64,000 bases of DNA. Source: the human T2T-CHM13v2.0 reference genome, Homo sapiens. Every line of letters starts with the position of its first letter. Position 1 is the stretch's first letter. The position numbers and the translations under genes are program-made. The notes beneath the pieces are model-generated. The model saw only the letters and a list, made by a program, of their open reading frames with translations, was not told where the DNA came from and did no database searches. The DNA lies in assembly GCF_009914755.1 (NCBI RefSeq), contig NC_060937.1; one strand, written 5' to 3'. Below are positions 17,721 to 33,599 of the stretch, in pieces.

Positions 17721-18470
17721 AGGAATTTAGATGAGAAGTGATACTGATTTTAAATCTCTCAATCATCGTTTAATAGGATGATTTAAAGACACCATTTCAA
17801 TATTTTGTTTAGCTCTCAGGCTCTAGGACGTGCCATCTTGATTCCGTAAAATTATGTTTTTCACTGTGCGTCCACAACATCGCCTCGTACGCTTGTTCTA
17901 CGTTCATTGACAGTTGTTAAAACAAATCAGCACCGGCAGAACTTGGCCCGCTCCTCTCCACACTTAGCTGAACCGTTACCCATGGAACCAGCCCAAACAG
18001 AAAGCTACAAAGAGGCTAATTGAAATCAGAATGCTGGGTCGCTTCTCATTCAAGCAAAACAGATGGCCCTCCTTGCCACACTTCTGTCAAACTTGAGGGG
18101 AAATGATTAAAAGCATTTTCAACTCCCACACACGCTGACTGGGCTCCTTAAAGGAATTATACATAGCTATTGAAATGTGGGGTCGGGGGGTTCTTTCAAA
18201 AAGCAAAGCTTGGTTTCCTTTCTTTTGAAGGTTTAAGGAAAGGCATTTTAATGGGGATATTCAGTGCCTAAGGCTTCAACTTAGATTCTGAATATTTTAT
18301 TTATATTTATTTTAATTCAATTTTTCCTTTGGAATAGGTAAAATTCAAAATGCACAAAAGAATAAAGAAAAAACTAAGACTCTAGTCATGTCCCAAGCAC
18401 CGAGGCCTCTCTCCTGGAGACAGCCACTGTTAACCATCCCCTAGGTATCTTTCCAGAAGTTGAACCTTCA

Positions 18471-18768
<298 letters not shown>

Positions 18769-18839
18769 GAACCTTCATTTTTAACTTAGGTCCTTGAAAC
18801 TCTCTTATTTGGATTCCTATTTAATGACAGTATTAATGA

Positions 18840-19309
<470 letters not shown>

Positions 19310-19607
19310 TGGTGTGTGGGTTTTTTAGAGGCAGCAGTGGATATTGTGTTCTTATCATGTAAAGGATGTTCAGCACATTAATACAAAGCATTGCAGACAG
19401 TGTTACTGCATGACGCCTCTGTGATACTTATTAAACATGTACAGCAGCATAAGCCACCTCTTAGGACCTGCTGGGGGAAAGAAATGAGTGTATACAGAAA
19501 TGTGAAGAGGAAACCATTGCTCCGTATCTCAACCACCCAGTCAGTACATAATGACAACGTCTCTAATAAATGCGTTGTCAGAGCCCAACTAATCAAAGCA
19601 TCATCTA

Positions 19608-20183
<576 letters not shown>

Positions 20184-20339
20184 TCAGGGCAGTTTTTTAA
20201 ACCATGTGAGTAACAGTGGAACGAGAAGCTTCTTTTTATATTAAAAACAAAAAATCAGAAAATGAGTGTGGACAGGTGGGGAGGACAGGTCCTTCTCAGC
20301 ACACTCAATGTAGCTCCCTGGAGGGGGCTGTGTCCTCCA

Positions 20340-21360
20340 CTCACCGGGAAGCAGGGCGATGTCTCATTGGCTGGCTCTGGCGCAGCCAGCCTGGGCTGGT
20401 TTGAAGTCAACGCCCTTTTGTTGGGTTGGGGTTAGGGATAGGGTTAGGAATCTCCCCAACCTGTGCTCAGGTAGGGCGGGGCCGAGCGCATCCGCGCCTC
20501 AGGTGCATCCCATGCAGGCTCCAGGTTCCAGCAATGCCCCTACAACATCCTCCTGTGTCCCTAGGATGGCCCCGGAAGGCAAAGGCGCCTCCTCATGCTG
20601 GCTCAAGGGCGGCATTGGTGGAGGCTGCTCTGGGGAGGGGCCCAACCTGGCACCCCAGCGCCCAGGGGTTGCCTCGCCCTGTTTTCCTGGGCAATCCTGG
20701 TCCAGGTTATTACGGTCACATAGAAACGGAAGGAGATGCAGCCTATTTTCAAAGCGCCGAAGAATCTGTGAAATCTGCTTTTATCCCTTCTTACATTTAC
20801 ATTCAGATATTTCATCTTTAGGTTGCTATAGTGACATGTGAATAAATATATGTGAAGTTCTGTGGGCAAGGAACAAGCGGTGGAAAGGGAATTGGGTAGA
20901 GATGCCACTTACAATAAGCCTGGACTACCTGTGACCTTCATCATTTTCTAGTCACACAGACACAGTGGTTTGGCATTGGCAATATTTATGTTGATTTTAC
21001 CAGATTTGCTATAATATTTAGATTTTCTATACATTATAAAGAGTAACATATTTTTCTTTATTTTCCCCAATCATAATGGGACCATATGGGCAGGACAGAA
21101 ATTGTTAGAGGGCGTGACTCACTGGCAGAGAGGAGAGTGTCTCCCCCTAATCTTGCTCCCAGGCAGCTCAGCAGGAGTAGTTCATTTTGAGGGTGCAAGT
21201 TGCTGATTGGGGGAGGGGGGAGCCTAAATCCCTTCCAATCAGAGGAAAGGATGGTTTTACTGTGGAAATCAGTTTGGAGGTTGACCTCATAGACTGGGAG
21301 CTGCTGGTTGAGAAGCCCACCTCCACTGGTTTGCTGCTGAGCGTTTGAAAACACCAATCA
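20340..21360. promoter_or_regulatory. Candidate promoter/enhancer: GC box, CCAAT cluster, AP-1 site
   Basis: ATTGG at 20366, GGGCGGGGCC at 20474-20483, TGACTCA at 21115-21121, CCAATCA motifs at 21067, 21204 (reverse), 21235 and 21354. Confidence 0.4.
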
Positions 21361-21432
21361 AACACAGGAGAGGACGCAGCAGTTGAAGGGTGACCTAAGA
21401 CAAAGTGTGGGGAGGCCAACGGAGGGCAGTGA

Positions 21433-21803
<371 letters not shown>

Positions 21804-22698
21804 TGAAAAAGCCAAGTGGCCTCTTGATTGAAGCGGGCAGAGCTCAAGGCAAGGCCCTCAGTTCCTATGACTTGTTTTCTGGTCTGCACTGGGTGGAACA
21901 GGAAGCCAACAGTACTATTGTCTGTGAATGCCCCAGAAGCCCCTAAGGGCAAAGGTTCCCAGTGGATGGGATGCCATGGGGGACATTCCAGAACTCTCTG
22001 TGGGCGGTTTGAGACCAGCCTGGGCAATATAGCAACCGTCCTGCTGGCACACAAACCCTCCTGCCTCTAAACAGAATTTGATGGGCCCCTTGGCAAAGGC
22101 AGGTTTTAGAAACTCCTCGGGGGCTGGAGCGCAAGGAGAGTCTGAGCCAGGCCAAGCCTCCCTGGGGGAACATGGCTGAAGGAAGACCTACAGACATCTC
22201 CCCTGGGTGGGAGCCTGTGTTCAGAAGCAGCAGATCCAAGTCTCTGTGTGGCTGAGGAGAGGACATCCTGCTGGCAACACGGTGCTGACCTGTGGGCCCA
22301 CTGGCAGCATGACTTTGTAATTTCTTGGGCTTTCTGGAAGGTTCTGAGGTGTTGCTGCTGGGCTCAGGTGACCAGTTATTCTCCTAGGGAAGGATGGCCC
22401 AGCTCGTTGTCCTGTACACATAGAAACATAGGGTGGTCTGGGGAGTAAATGCAACATCCCCACTTTCTCCCTGCCTTATCTTTCTCGCCTTCCCATTCCC
22501 CAGAGAAAGATCCAGGTGCAGAAGGACCCAGAACTCCACAATTGTTACATAATCAAAGCACATTACTCTAAAGGAGACCAGGACCCAGCTCTCCTCCCTA
22601 CCAACCCAACCCCAGCAAGTCATTTCTTTTTCTTTTTTTCTTTTTTCTTTTTTTAACAGATAATTTTAGGTTTATATGCAGTTATAAGAAATAATAGA

Positions 22699-22975
22699 GG
22701 CTGGGCACAGTCACTCATGCCTGTAATCCCAGCACTTTGAGAGGCTAAGGTGGGAGGATCACTTGAGGCTGAGAGTTTGAGACCAGTCTGGGCAATATAG
22801 CAAGACCCTGTCTCTACAAAAAATAAAATAATTAGCTGGACATGGTGGTGCGCACCTGTAGTCCCAGCTGCTCTGAAACCTGGGGTAAGAAGATTGCTTG
22901 AGCCCAGGAGTTAGAGGCTGCAGTGAGCTATGATTGCATCACTGCACTCCAGCCTGGGTGACAGAGCAAGATCTT
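22699..22975 (+). mobile_element. Alu (AluJ-like)
   Basis: Diverged dimer, tail lost. Confidence 0.88.
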
Positions 22976-23179
22976 GTAATCTTGTAAATACATAGAAAGA
23001 GCACATTCTGTGGCTGAGCCCAAGAACTATTATGCACAAGGAATAACTTGTTGGGACGAGCCATTACCACATTGGCAGGGTCGTCCCGGTCTCTGCTTGG
23101 GTATTTTTATCTGTAGGCCTATCAGTTAGTATGCTTTTGGAAAAATCTGGGATTTACTAGAGAAAAAGGTAAAGGTCTA

Positions 23180-23601
23180 GGGTCGATGTTAATTGTGTCC
23201 CCTCCAAAAAAAGATATGTTGAAGTCCTAACCTCCCAGTACCTCTGAACATGACATCATTTGGAAATAGGGTCTTTGTAGCTGTAATTAGCTAAGATGAG
23301 GTCATACTGGAGTGGAACAGATTCCTAATTCAAGATGACTGGTGTCCCTATAAAAATAGGAGAATGCCATATAACAGCTAAGACAGAGATCAGAGCCATG
23401 CAGCTGCAAGCCGAAGCAGGCCAAGGATTGCCAGCAAACCAAGAGAGGCTGGAAGAAGAGAGAAGGATCTTTCCCTGCTGATTTCACAGGGAGCGTGGCC
23501 CTTGATCTCAGGACCTTGACCCCAGAACTGTGAGTGAATCAATCTGTTGTTAAGCCATACGGTGCCAGTATTTTGTACAGCAGCCCTCGGAAACTCATAC
23601 A
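23180..23601 (+). mobile_element. MLT1-type MaLR LTR
   Basis: aattgtgtcccctccaaaa..gatatgttgaagtcctaacc..ttggaaatagggtcttt..gcagccctcggaaactcataca. Confidence 0.82.
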
Positions 23602-24229
23602 GCAGGCAACCAATAATGTCCCAAGTCTAGTAAGTAATGAAATACACTCTGACATGGGGATGGAATTGAAATAAAAATAACCATCTGAGGGAGCTCTAGA
23701 GCCTTCGCTTCCTGAGTCCTAATTTGACCGTAACCTAGAGGATGGGCAAATAATAGCTGTTTTCAGGACAGGACTCTTAACCTCCTTTCAGTGGTTTTGA
23801 TTATTTTTAGTTTCTGTTCTATTGATATTTGGATTCTGAGCACAGATGCCTTTACTGCACTGAGTGCCTTTGACCTGAGCTGGATTTTAGCTGGAAGTGC
23901 AGGATTCTGAGTGAGACAACACTGAATGCTGAATGACCCCTTAACCAAGGCAGGCCGTTCTCCTAGTCGGGGCCAGGTTCTGGGGACAGTGTGACAAGAG
24001 CTTGAATGAAGACAACTCGCCCTCCCTGCCTGCAAAATTTAACAATGAGACAGGAATCCTTATTTTGTATTTTTTCAGGGGGCAGGAAGCTGCAAAATCT
24101 GCTGTCCTCTGCAAATCACTATCTGGACCAACAACACAGAAGTTCCCTCAACCTCTGAGGGAACCTCTGCCGCACCTCTGAGCTCTTTGGCTTTTGTAGA
24201 CGTTCACTGCTCGGAATTCTGCTGACTCT

Positions 24230-24365
24230 GTGGGTCCCCAGGCATCACCTGAGAACTGGTTAGAAACTCAAAGTCTCAGGCCCTCCCCAGACCTGAATTC
24301 GCTCTGTAGGTGGGGACAACAATCTGGGTTTTGAGAAGCCATGGGGTGATTCTGATGCCCACTCA
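24230..24365. mobile_element. MER5A-like hAT fragment
   Basis: gcatcacctgagaactggttagaaa..tctcaggccctccccagacct..ggtgattctgatgc. Confidence 0.7.
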
Positions 24366-25499
24366 CACCCTGTTTTACTTCTGTGTTTACTCTGCACTAC
24401 AGAAACGAGGAGCCCACGGATGCTTGAGCATCAAAGCTTCAATCACTGCTGCCCGCGGCTCTGCACTGTCTTAATTCTTCCCTGCTTTTTCATTATGTCC
24501 CGTCTGGCTCATTCCTCCTTTATCCCCCTGTTTGTATGTGTGTATACATGCATTCATTCATTCATTCATCCATGTATTCATTCAGCAGACTCTAGAAAAG
24601 GATATCTTATAGTCACTATGGTGGATGTCTAGGTGGGTCTGCAGCTCTGAAGTTGTGTTGGTTAAGCTCCAAGGAGCAAAGAAAGCTTTTTCAGATGACA
24701 GCATGTATTGTAGCGAAATGACGGCTATGAGCATCTTTTAATTACAATTGGGGGTGGGGGAGTGAATATATATGTATTTCTGTGAAAGAGGGAAACGAAG
24801 CAATGAAAAGTAAGAGACAGGAAATTGTCCCAACGCCTTGGCTCCATGGGGCCTCAGGGTGCCCTCCATGACGAGCAGTGACTCCCAGCAGCTCAGGCAC
24901 AGTATCAGGCATCCTTTGCCACTGGCTCTAGGAACCCCTGCACATGCGTGTCTCAGCTTCTAATGTGACTATTTCTGCTTCTCCTCAATGTTGCTGCTTA
25001 CCCCTAGGTTTGGTTGCCACGAGGAAGCTATGTCCTGGATTTTCTTTTTTTCTTTCAGTTCTGGCTGCCAATACCAAGTTCCTCCTCTCCATCTCACATT
25101 CAAAGAGCACACAGAGAGGCTCTAATTGGGTCTTTCTACATCCTGTGTCCGTACAGAGCTCTCGCGTTTGGGTGGGGACTTTGCACCGTGACCAGTCTAA
25201 GATCAGCACCAGCCCCTGGTCCAATCAGCTGTGGCCAAGACCCTTGAAGACACAGGCAAGAGGCTCCTGACAGTTGTGTGGTTCACAGGGGTTTCTGGGT
25301 GTGATAGGGGCTCAGGCAACATCGGCCCCCAATCTGGGTGAGAAGAGAGGTCTGGAAAGAAGTTACAACTTTGAATAAGTGGTGGTACATAATGCCTCAA
25401 GTGTGGTAACATTGCTCAGAGAAAGTGAGTTGAGACAGTGGAAAAGTGGAGCCCCTAGTGTCACCAGCTTAACCCACGGGGTAGATGAAGGTCATTAGG

Positions 25500-25565
25500 A
25501 GAATAGAGCAACTAACCTTTATTGAGCACCTACGATGTGCCAGGCTGTATGCCTTGGTGCTTTAC

Positions 25566-25609
<44 letters not shown>

Positions 25610-26020
25610 TGTTTGAGACAGGGTCTCACTCTCACCCAAGCTGGAGTGCAGTGGTGCAATGAATGCTCACTGCAGCCTCGACCTCCTGGGCTCGAGTGAT
25701 CCTCCCACCTCAGTTCCCGAGTAGCTGGAACTACAGGCTGTACCACCACACCCAGCTAAGGTTTTCTATTTTTTGTAGAGATGGGGTCTTGCTATGTTGT
25801 CCAGGCTGGTCTCAAACCCCTGGTATCAAGCAATCCTTCCGGCTTGGCCTCCCAAAATGCTGGGATCACAGGCATGAGCTACCACACCCAGCATATTTGT
25901 TCTTCAAACAACACTGCAAGCTACCTATTGTTGTTATCCCAAATTTGCAAATGAGAAGGCCGACCAAGCTCACAGAGATCAAGGTCATATCACTTGTAAA
26001 GGGCAGAGCTGGGATTTCAA
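25500..26020 (-). mobile_element. MIR interrupted by an AluJ-like element (25570-25893, minus strand, (TTTA)n tail)
   Basis: tttattgagcacctacgatgtgccagg before the Alu and aaggtcatatcacttgtaaagggcagagctgggatttcaa after it. Confidence 0.75.
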
Positions 26021-26468
26021 TAGCTTTGTCCAACTTCAATAGCTTTGTCTAATCTCTAATAGCTTTTTACTCTTCCTACTGTATATGAACCATATTGGCC
26101 TCAAAAGAAATGGTCTGAAACACAATGAGGAAATCAGGGAGAAGAATGTTTTCAGAAGGAGGTGATTAAGAGAGGAAAGTCCTGTCAGGTGCCTCTTTGG
26201 GCAATTAGGAATTTATCAATGAAATGTCTATTTCAATTGGGAGAGTCAGATTGTGATGAATGGAGAAGATGAGGCAAAGGAGAGTGAATGTCAGCTGTGA
26301 AGGGTAAGAAAGACAGGAAAGGTTTGTTTTGTGTTGTTGTTTGTTGTTTTACTGTAAGGATGGTGTAGCAGCCAGGGCCCAGTCAGGAGACAGAAAGCAC
26401 ACCAGTAATGCGAACAGGGAGCATTTAATGTAAAGAGTTCTTAAATTAGTAAAAAGGGAATTAACTAC

Positions 26469-27003
26469 CATATTCGGGTTATCCAGAGAAACAGAACCAA
26501 TAGGATATATCTATCCATTATATATATCATCTATGTATCTATTAAGCGGTATCTGTATATATAGATATATAACATATAGACACATATTACAATACTAGTG
26601 TTATATGTAGATACAGAAAGAGATTTATTATAAGGAATTGGCTCACGAGAGAATGGAGACTGGCAAGTCCCAATCTGGTGGCCCAGGAAGGGTGATGGTG
26701 TAGTGCCAGTCCAAAGGCTGGCAGTCTCAAGACCCAGGAAGAGCCAATGTTTCAGTCTGAGTCCAAAGGCAGGAAGAATTCCCACTTACTTGGGCCAGGG
26801 TCAACCTTTTTGTTCTATCCGGGGCTCCAATGGATTGGGTGAGGCCCATCCACATTGGGAAGTGTGGTCTGCTTTGCTCAGTCCACCAATTCAAAGGTGC
26901 ATCTCCTCCAGAAACGCCCCCACAGACACACCGGAAAAATATGTGATAAAATATCTGGACATCCTGTGGCTCGGTTAAGTTGACACATAAAATTAACCAT
27001 CAC
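26469..27003 (-). mobile_element. MLT2 (ERVL) LTR
   Basis: atccagagaaacagaaccaataggatata..gatttattataaggaattggctcac..aagttgacacataaaattaaccatcac. Confidence 0.85.
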
Positions 27004-27165
27004 CAACTAGTGTGCCTTCATGTCATTGGACACCTTGATGTCGCCATCAGAGATAGCCACACTGAAGGCCATGTTTCTGGAAGTGAAAGGGAGATGTTGA
27101 AGAGGGCCAGAGAAGATAAGAGCTGTTGCACCTGCTGCTGGAATCCTGTTTCGGTGTGTGTGTGT
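27000..27165 (-). pseudogene. Inverted partial duplicate of the 5' end of the cofilin-1 retrocopy
   Basis: The reverse complement aligns to about 27495-27659. Minus-strand ATG at 27072 gives MAFSVAISDGDIKVSNDMKAH*. Confidence 0.9.
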
Positions 27166-27204
27166 AAAAGGAGTAAAGAGAACCCTAACAAATACAGCAA
27201 TAGA

Positions 27205-27505
27205 TCAGGCATGGTGGCTCATGCCTGTAATCCCACCAATTTGGGAGGCCGGGGTGGACAGATCGCTTGAGCCCAGGAGTTTGAGACCAATCTGGGAAAC
27301 ATAGGGAGACACTGTCTCTACAAAAAGTTAAAAATTTAGGCAGTCATGGTGGTGCACGCCCGTAGTCCCAGCTACTCAGGAGGGTAAGGTGGGAGCATCG
27401 CTTGAGCCTGGGAACTTAAAGCTGCAGTGAGCTGTGATTGTGCTACTGCACTCCAGCCTGGGTGACAGAGCAAGACCTTGTCTTAAACACACACACACAC
27501 ACACC
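27205..27505 (+). mobile_element. Alu (AluJ-like) with (CA)n tail
   Basis: Diverged dimer lying between the two cofilin arms. Confidence 0.9.
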
Positions 27506-28278
27506 CCAAAATAGAGGATTCCAGCAGCAGCTGCAACAGCTCTTATCTTCTCTGGCCCTCTTTGACATCTTCCTTTCACTTCCAGAAACATGGCCAGTGT
27601 GGCTATCTCTGATGGCAACATCAAGATGTCTAATGACATGAAGGCACACGAGTTGGTGACATCAGAGGAGGTGAAACAGTGCAAGAAGGTAGTGCTCTTC
27701 TGACATAATGAGGCCAAGAAGAATGTCACCCTGGAAGGGGCAAGGAGATCCTAGTAGGTGGTGCAGGCCAGACTGTTGATGGCCCTATGCCACCTTAGTC
27801 AAGATGCTGCCAGACAAGGACTGCTCCTCCACCCTCTATGACACAGCCTGAGACCAAGAACAGCAAGAAGGAAGATCTGGAGTTTATCTTCTGGGGCCCT
27901 GAGTCTGTACCCTCCAAGAGCTAAGTGACCTATGCCAGCTCCAAGGATGTCATCAAGGGGAAGCTGATGGAGATCAAGCATGAATCACAAGGAGGTCAAG
28001 GGCCATAGCATCCTGGCAGAGAAGCTTGGAGGCAGCGCCATCATCTCCTGGAGGGCATGCCTTTGTGAACCCCCTCCAGCCCCCTGCCTGGAACATCTGG
28101 CAGCTCCTGACCTATCTGCAGAGAGTTGTCTGTCCCCTTCCTCCAAGACCAGAGGGGTTTGGGGGATCCCAGCAAGGGGAAGATAATCCCCTCACCCCAG
28201 TTACCAAGCAGCCCTCACCCCCAGGCCTTCCTCCTCCCTCCATCCCTGATGGTTCTGGCTTTCCCAGGCCACTTTTGA

Positions 28279-28984
<706 letters not shown>

Positions 28985-29737
28985 ACCCCATGCTACCAAC
29001 TTCTAATCACAATAACTGTTGACTCTGTGCTTGTGTGTTCCATTCTGTGTGTGAGTGGAATGTGGTAGAGGTGACCCTCCCTGGGCCGGCTGATTCCTCT
29101 CCCTTTTCACCTGGTCACCGCCACTCGTAGAAGCAGGACCAGTAAGGGACTTCAATTAGAAAACAAAACAAGACAGATTATAGGAATAGCAGATGTAGAG
29201 AAAAAACACTACCTCTAGGGCCGAGGCAAAATATTCAAGGAAGACAAGCTTGGACGAAGCCTCCCCTCCAAGGCTGAGATGCACATCGTTGATGAAAGAT
29301 GTGGCCACTGGATGGGATAAGAGTTTGCTGAGGTGCTGCAGACCATGGCTGGCAAGCAGAAAACCACCTGCTGGGTGCTGGGGAAACTTTCCAGGAAGCC
29401 TCCTGTTGGGGTGACAGTGAACCTTCCAGGAGGGTTCACATCTCTGGGTCTCCCACTGGCCCCACCAGCTGCAGTATTGCAGGAGCAAGAGGAAAAACAC
29501 TGGGACCAGGAAGAAAGCCTCTGCCACTTGCAATGTCCCTCAGTGGCTGGCTACTGACAAAACGTAACATCGTGGCAGGTGGCAAGGGAGGAACATTTAC
29601 AGGGTCCATCTCTGATGTCACCAGCAGGGCCAGGAAGGGTTGATCTGGAGCTTGGAGGCCATACATCAGTAACTGGTTCAAATGGGACACTCCACAGTGG
29701 AAGAGCCAGTCCAACTAGATACATGACCTGTGAAAGT

Positions 29738-30480
<743 letters not shown>

Positions 30481-30939
30481 TTTGAATCACATGTTTTAAT
30501 TTTCAGATATATGACAACCTCCCCACACAGCCTATATTTTTGCTTCATTATTCCTATTTTTATTTGTACATAAATTAGGTCACTTTCCTGCCCTGATCTA
30601 CTGAAACTTCTAAATTTGCTACTTCCAAAGTCAATGCCAAATTCAGACTGGCTTTGGTCAGGGGAGGAAGTTAGGCAAGCCAGGATAAAAATTTAGTCTG
30701 GCCCAACAACCTCCTCAGGAATGCGGGTTTAGTCTTAGCTCCTCCATTCCCTGGGACAATTATACTTGATTTCAAGTCAGGTTTTCTTAATTCCCAGTCA
30801 GCTGCTGTCACACTAACTGTCATTTGTTCTTTTATAAACTAGAAGATTTGCAGATTAAAAAAAAAAAAAGAAAAAGCGCACGCATGGCAGAGTTCCAGTG
30901 ACAACACTCTACGGAGAACTCTCAACTCTTCATCTCTAG

Positions 30940-31506
<567 letters not shown>

Positions 31507-31689
31507 TGAAGATCCTCTAGTTCACAGCCAAATGTTTGGACCTCGGATTCACAGAATTAAGTTCGTTCCACTCTTATCGTCTGTATGTGGAAGGCCCTTC
31601 TCTTATTTTAATTGTTTCTTAGTTTCCAAAACCCCCTCCCACTTCTACTCTACTACCCCATCTCCTGTAATGTGTTCGGTGTATGCACT

Positions 31690-33065
31690 TGGACATGTAC
31701 AGAATTCCGAAAAAGACCTAGCATTGTTTTGTGTATGTAGCATACACACATTTACATATACACAGTGTTGGGCTCTGGGTCTCATTCTGTGTCTGTCTTT
31801 TCTCATCCGCAGTATGTTTTTAATATCTAGCCATGTGGCTGTATGTGCCTCTTGTTCATTGCCTTAGCCCTCCCCAAGGAAGCACCAGTGACAGTTTATT
31901 TCTCCTCTCCTCCACTTCACCTTACGAGGCTGACTCTAAGGGCCCAGCTACCACAAACGGCCAGGATGCACATCCCTGTACACATTCTCCTGCAGACCTG
32001 GCTATTCGTTTCTCAGCGTTACACCCCGGGACGGCTGGGTCATGGGGCGTACACAGATGAATTTCACTGAGATCTGCTAGGCTGTTCCCCAGAAGACTAC
32101 ACAGTCTGCACTCCCATCTGTAGTGCATAATAATATCCATTTTCCTACCTCCTTGTCAACAATTGCTATCATCTGACTTTCTAATTTTTCCTGTGTCGTG
32201 GGTGTAAAGTGGCAGCTCATTGTTTTCTATAATTTGCATTTCTCTAATAGTGAGGTTGAGCATTTCTTCATATTTTTGCCCCATTTTTCTACTGGGGTCC
32301 AGACAATTTCTTTGTTTTCTAGATGATTTCCTTGTATATTCTAGATGAGGTATTGATAAAATTATCTGTAAGGGGTCCAGGTAGTAGATATTTTTTTAGG
32401 CTTTGCAGACCAGAAGTTCTCTGTTGCACCAACTCAGCTCTGCTATTTCAGCTCAAGAGCAGAGACAGTATATGATGAATGAGCATGGCTCTGTCCAACC
32501 AAACTTTTGTTTTGCTTATAAAAATAGGTGGAGGGGCCAGCCTTGGCCGGTAGGCCATGGTTCGCTGTTCTCGACAAATCTGTCTCACTAGAAGTTCTTG
32601 CTGGATTCTGACATTACGGTTATCTTCCCCCACTCTGTCTATGGTGTCCTTTGTTGAGCAGAACAATGTAATTTTGATGGACTCAAATTCCTCAATTTTT
32701 TGCCTCATAGCTTGTGCCTTCTGAGTTGATGTCAGAAGTCCTTCTCAACCTCAAGATGACAAAATTATTGGGCATCTTTTTTCCTATTGGTTTTATATTT
32801 TACCTTCACAATTAGATTTTGGATTATCCAAAGCTGACCTTTGCATACGGTGTTTCTTTTTCTCCATAGAGTGAACCAGTTTTCCCAGCACCATCTAGTG
32901 AATAACCTGTCCTTCCCACACGGGTTTGTGCTGTTGCCTCTCATAAGTCAACAGATTTGCTTTTGAGCTCTTTACCCTGCTCCACTGGTTTACTTACTGG
33001 TTTCTCTGCCAACAGCACATTATATTATCATTATTATGGCTTTGTAGTGTGTCTTCATATCTCAC
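31690..33065 (-). mobile_element. Highly diverged L1 fragments (L1ME/MC-like)
   Basis: L1-like phrases such as aatttgcatttctctaat..gttgagcatttcttcatat and ccagttttcccagcaccat. Confidence 0.65.
32348..32582 (+). mobile_element. MER58A-like hAT element
   Basis: ctgtaaggggtccaggtagtagatatttttttaggcttt..tgaatgagcatggctctgtcca..aaaaataggtggaggggccag. Confidence 0.75.
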
Positions 33066-33240
33066 AGTGTGAACCTCTTCATGTCTCCTTTAAAAGGCCC
33101 ATGAATCCACATCTATTTCAATGATGCAGACTTCTTCATACCTTTTTGGCTGACATTTGGCTGTAAGTCATTTGCAGGAAGAAGGGAATATGAATTCAGG
33201 CAAGTTGTAAGTGGGCCATTCCCCACTGAATGTTGTTTAG

Positions 33241-33338
33241 CTTTTCTTTCTTTCTTTCTTCCTTCCTTCTTTCCTTCCTTCCTTCCTTCCTTCCTTCCTT
33301 TCTTTCTTTCCTTCCTTCCTTCTTTCTTTCTTTCTTTT
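33241..33338. repeat. (CTTT)n/(CCTT)n microsatellite derived from an Alu tail
   Basis: Polypyrimidine tetranucleotide tract. Confidence 0.9.
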
Positions 33339-33580
33339 CAGGATCTCACTCTGCTGCCCAGGTTGGAGTGCAGTGGCATGATCATGGCTCGCTGCAGCCT
33401 CAACCTTCCTAGGCTTAGGTGATCCTCCTACCTCAGCCTCCCAAGCAGATGGGCCGCCAGGCATTCACCACCATGCCCAACTAATTTTTGTATTTTTCCA
33501 TAGAGACAGGGTTTTGCCATATTTCCCAGGCTGGTCTCACACTCCTGAGCTCAAGTGATCCGCCTACCTCGGCCTCCCGT
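33339..33580 (-). mobile_element. Alu (AluJ-like, 5' truncated)
   Basis: Diverged dimer. Confidence 0.88.
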
Positions 33581-33599
33581 ACTATTACTTGAATACCTG

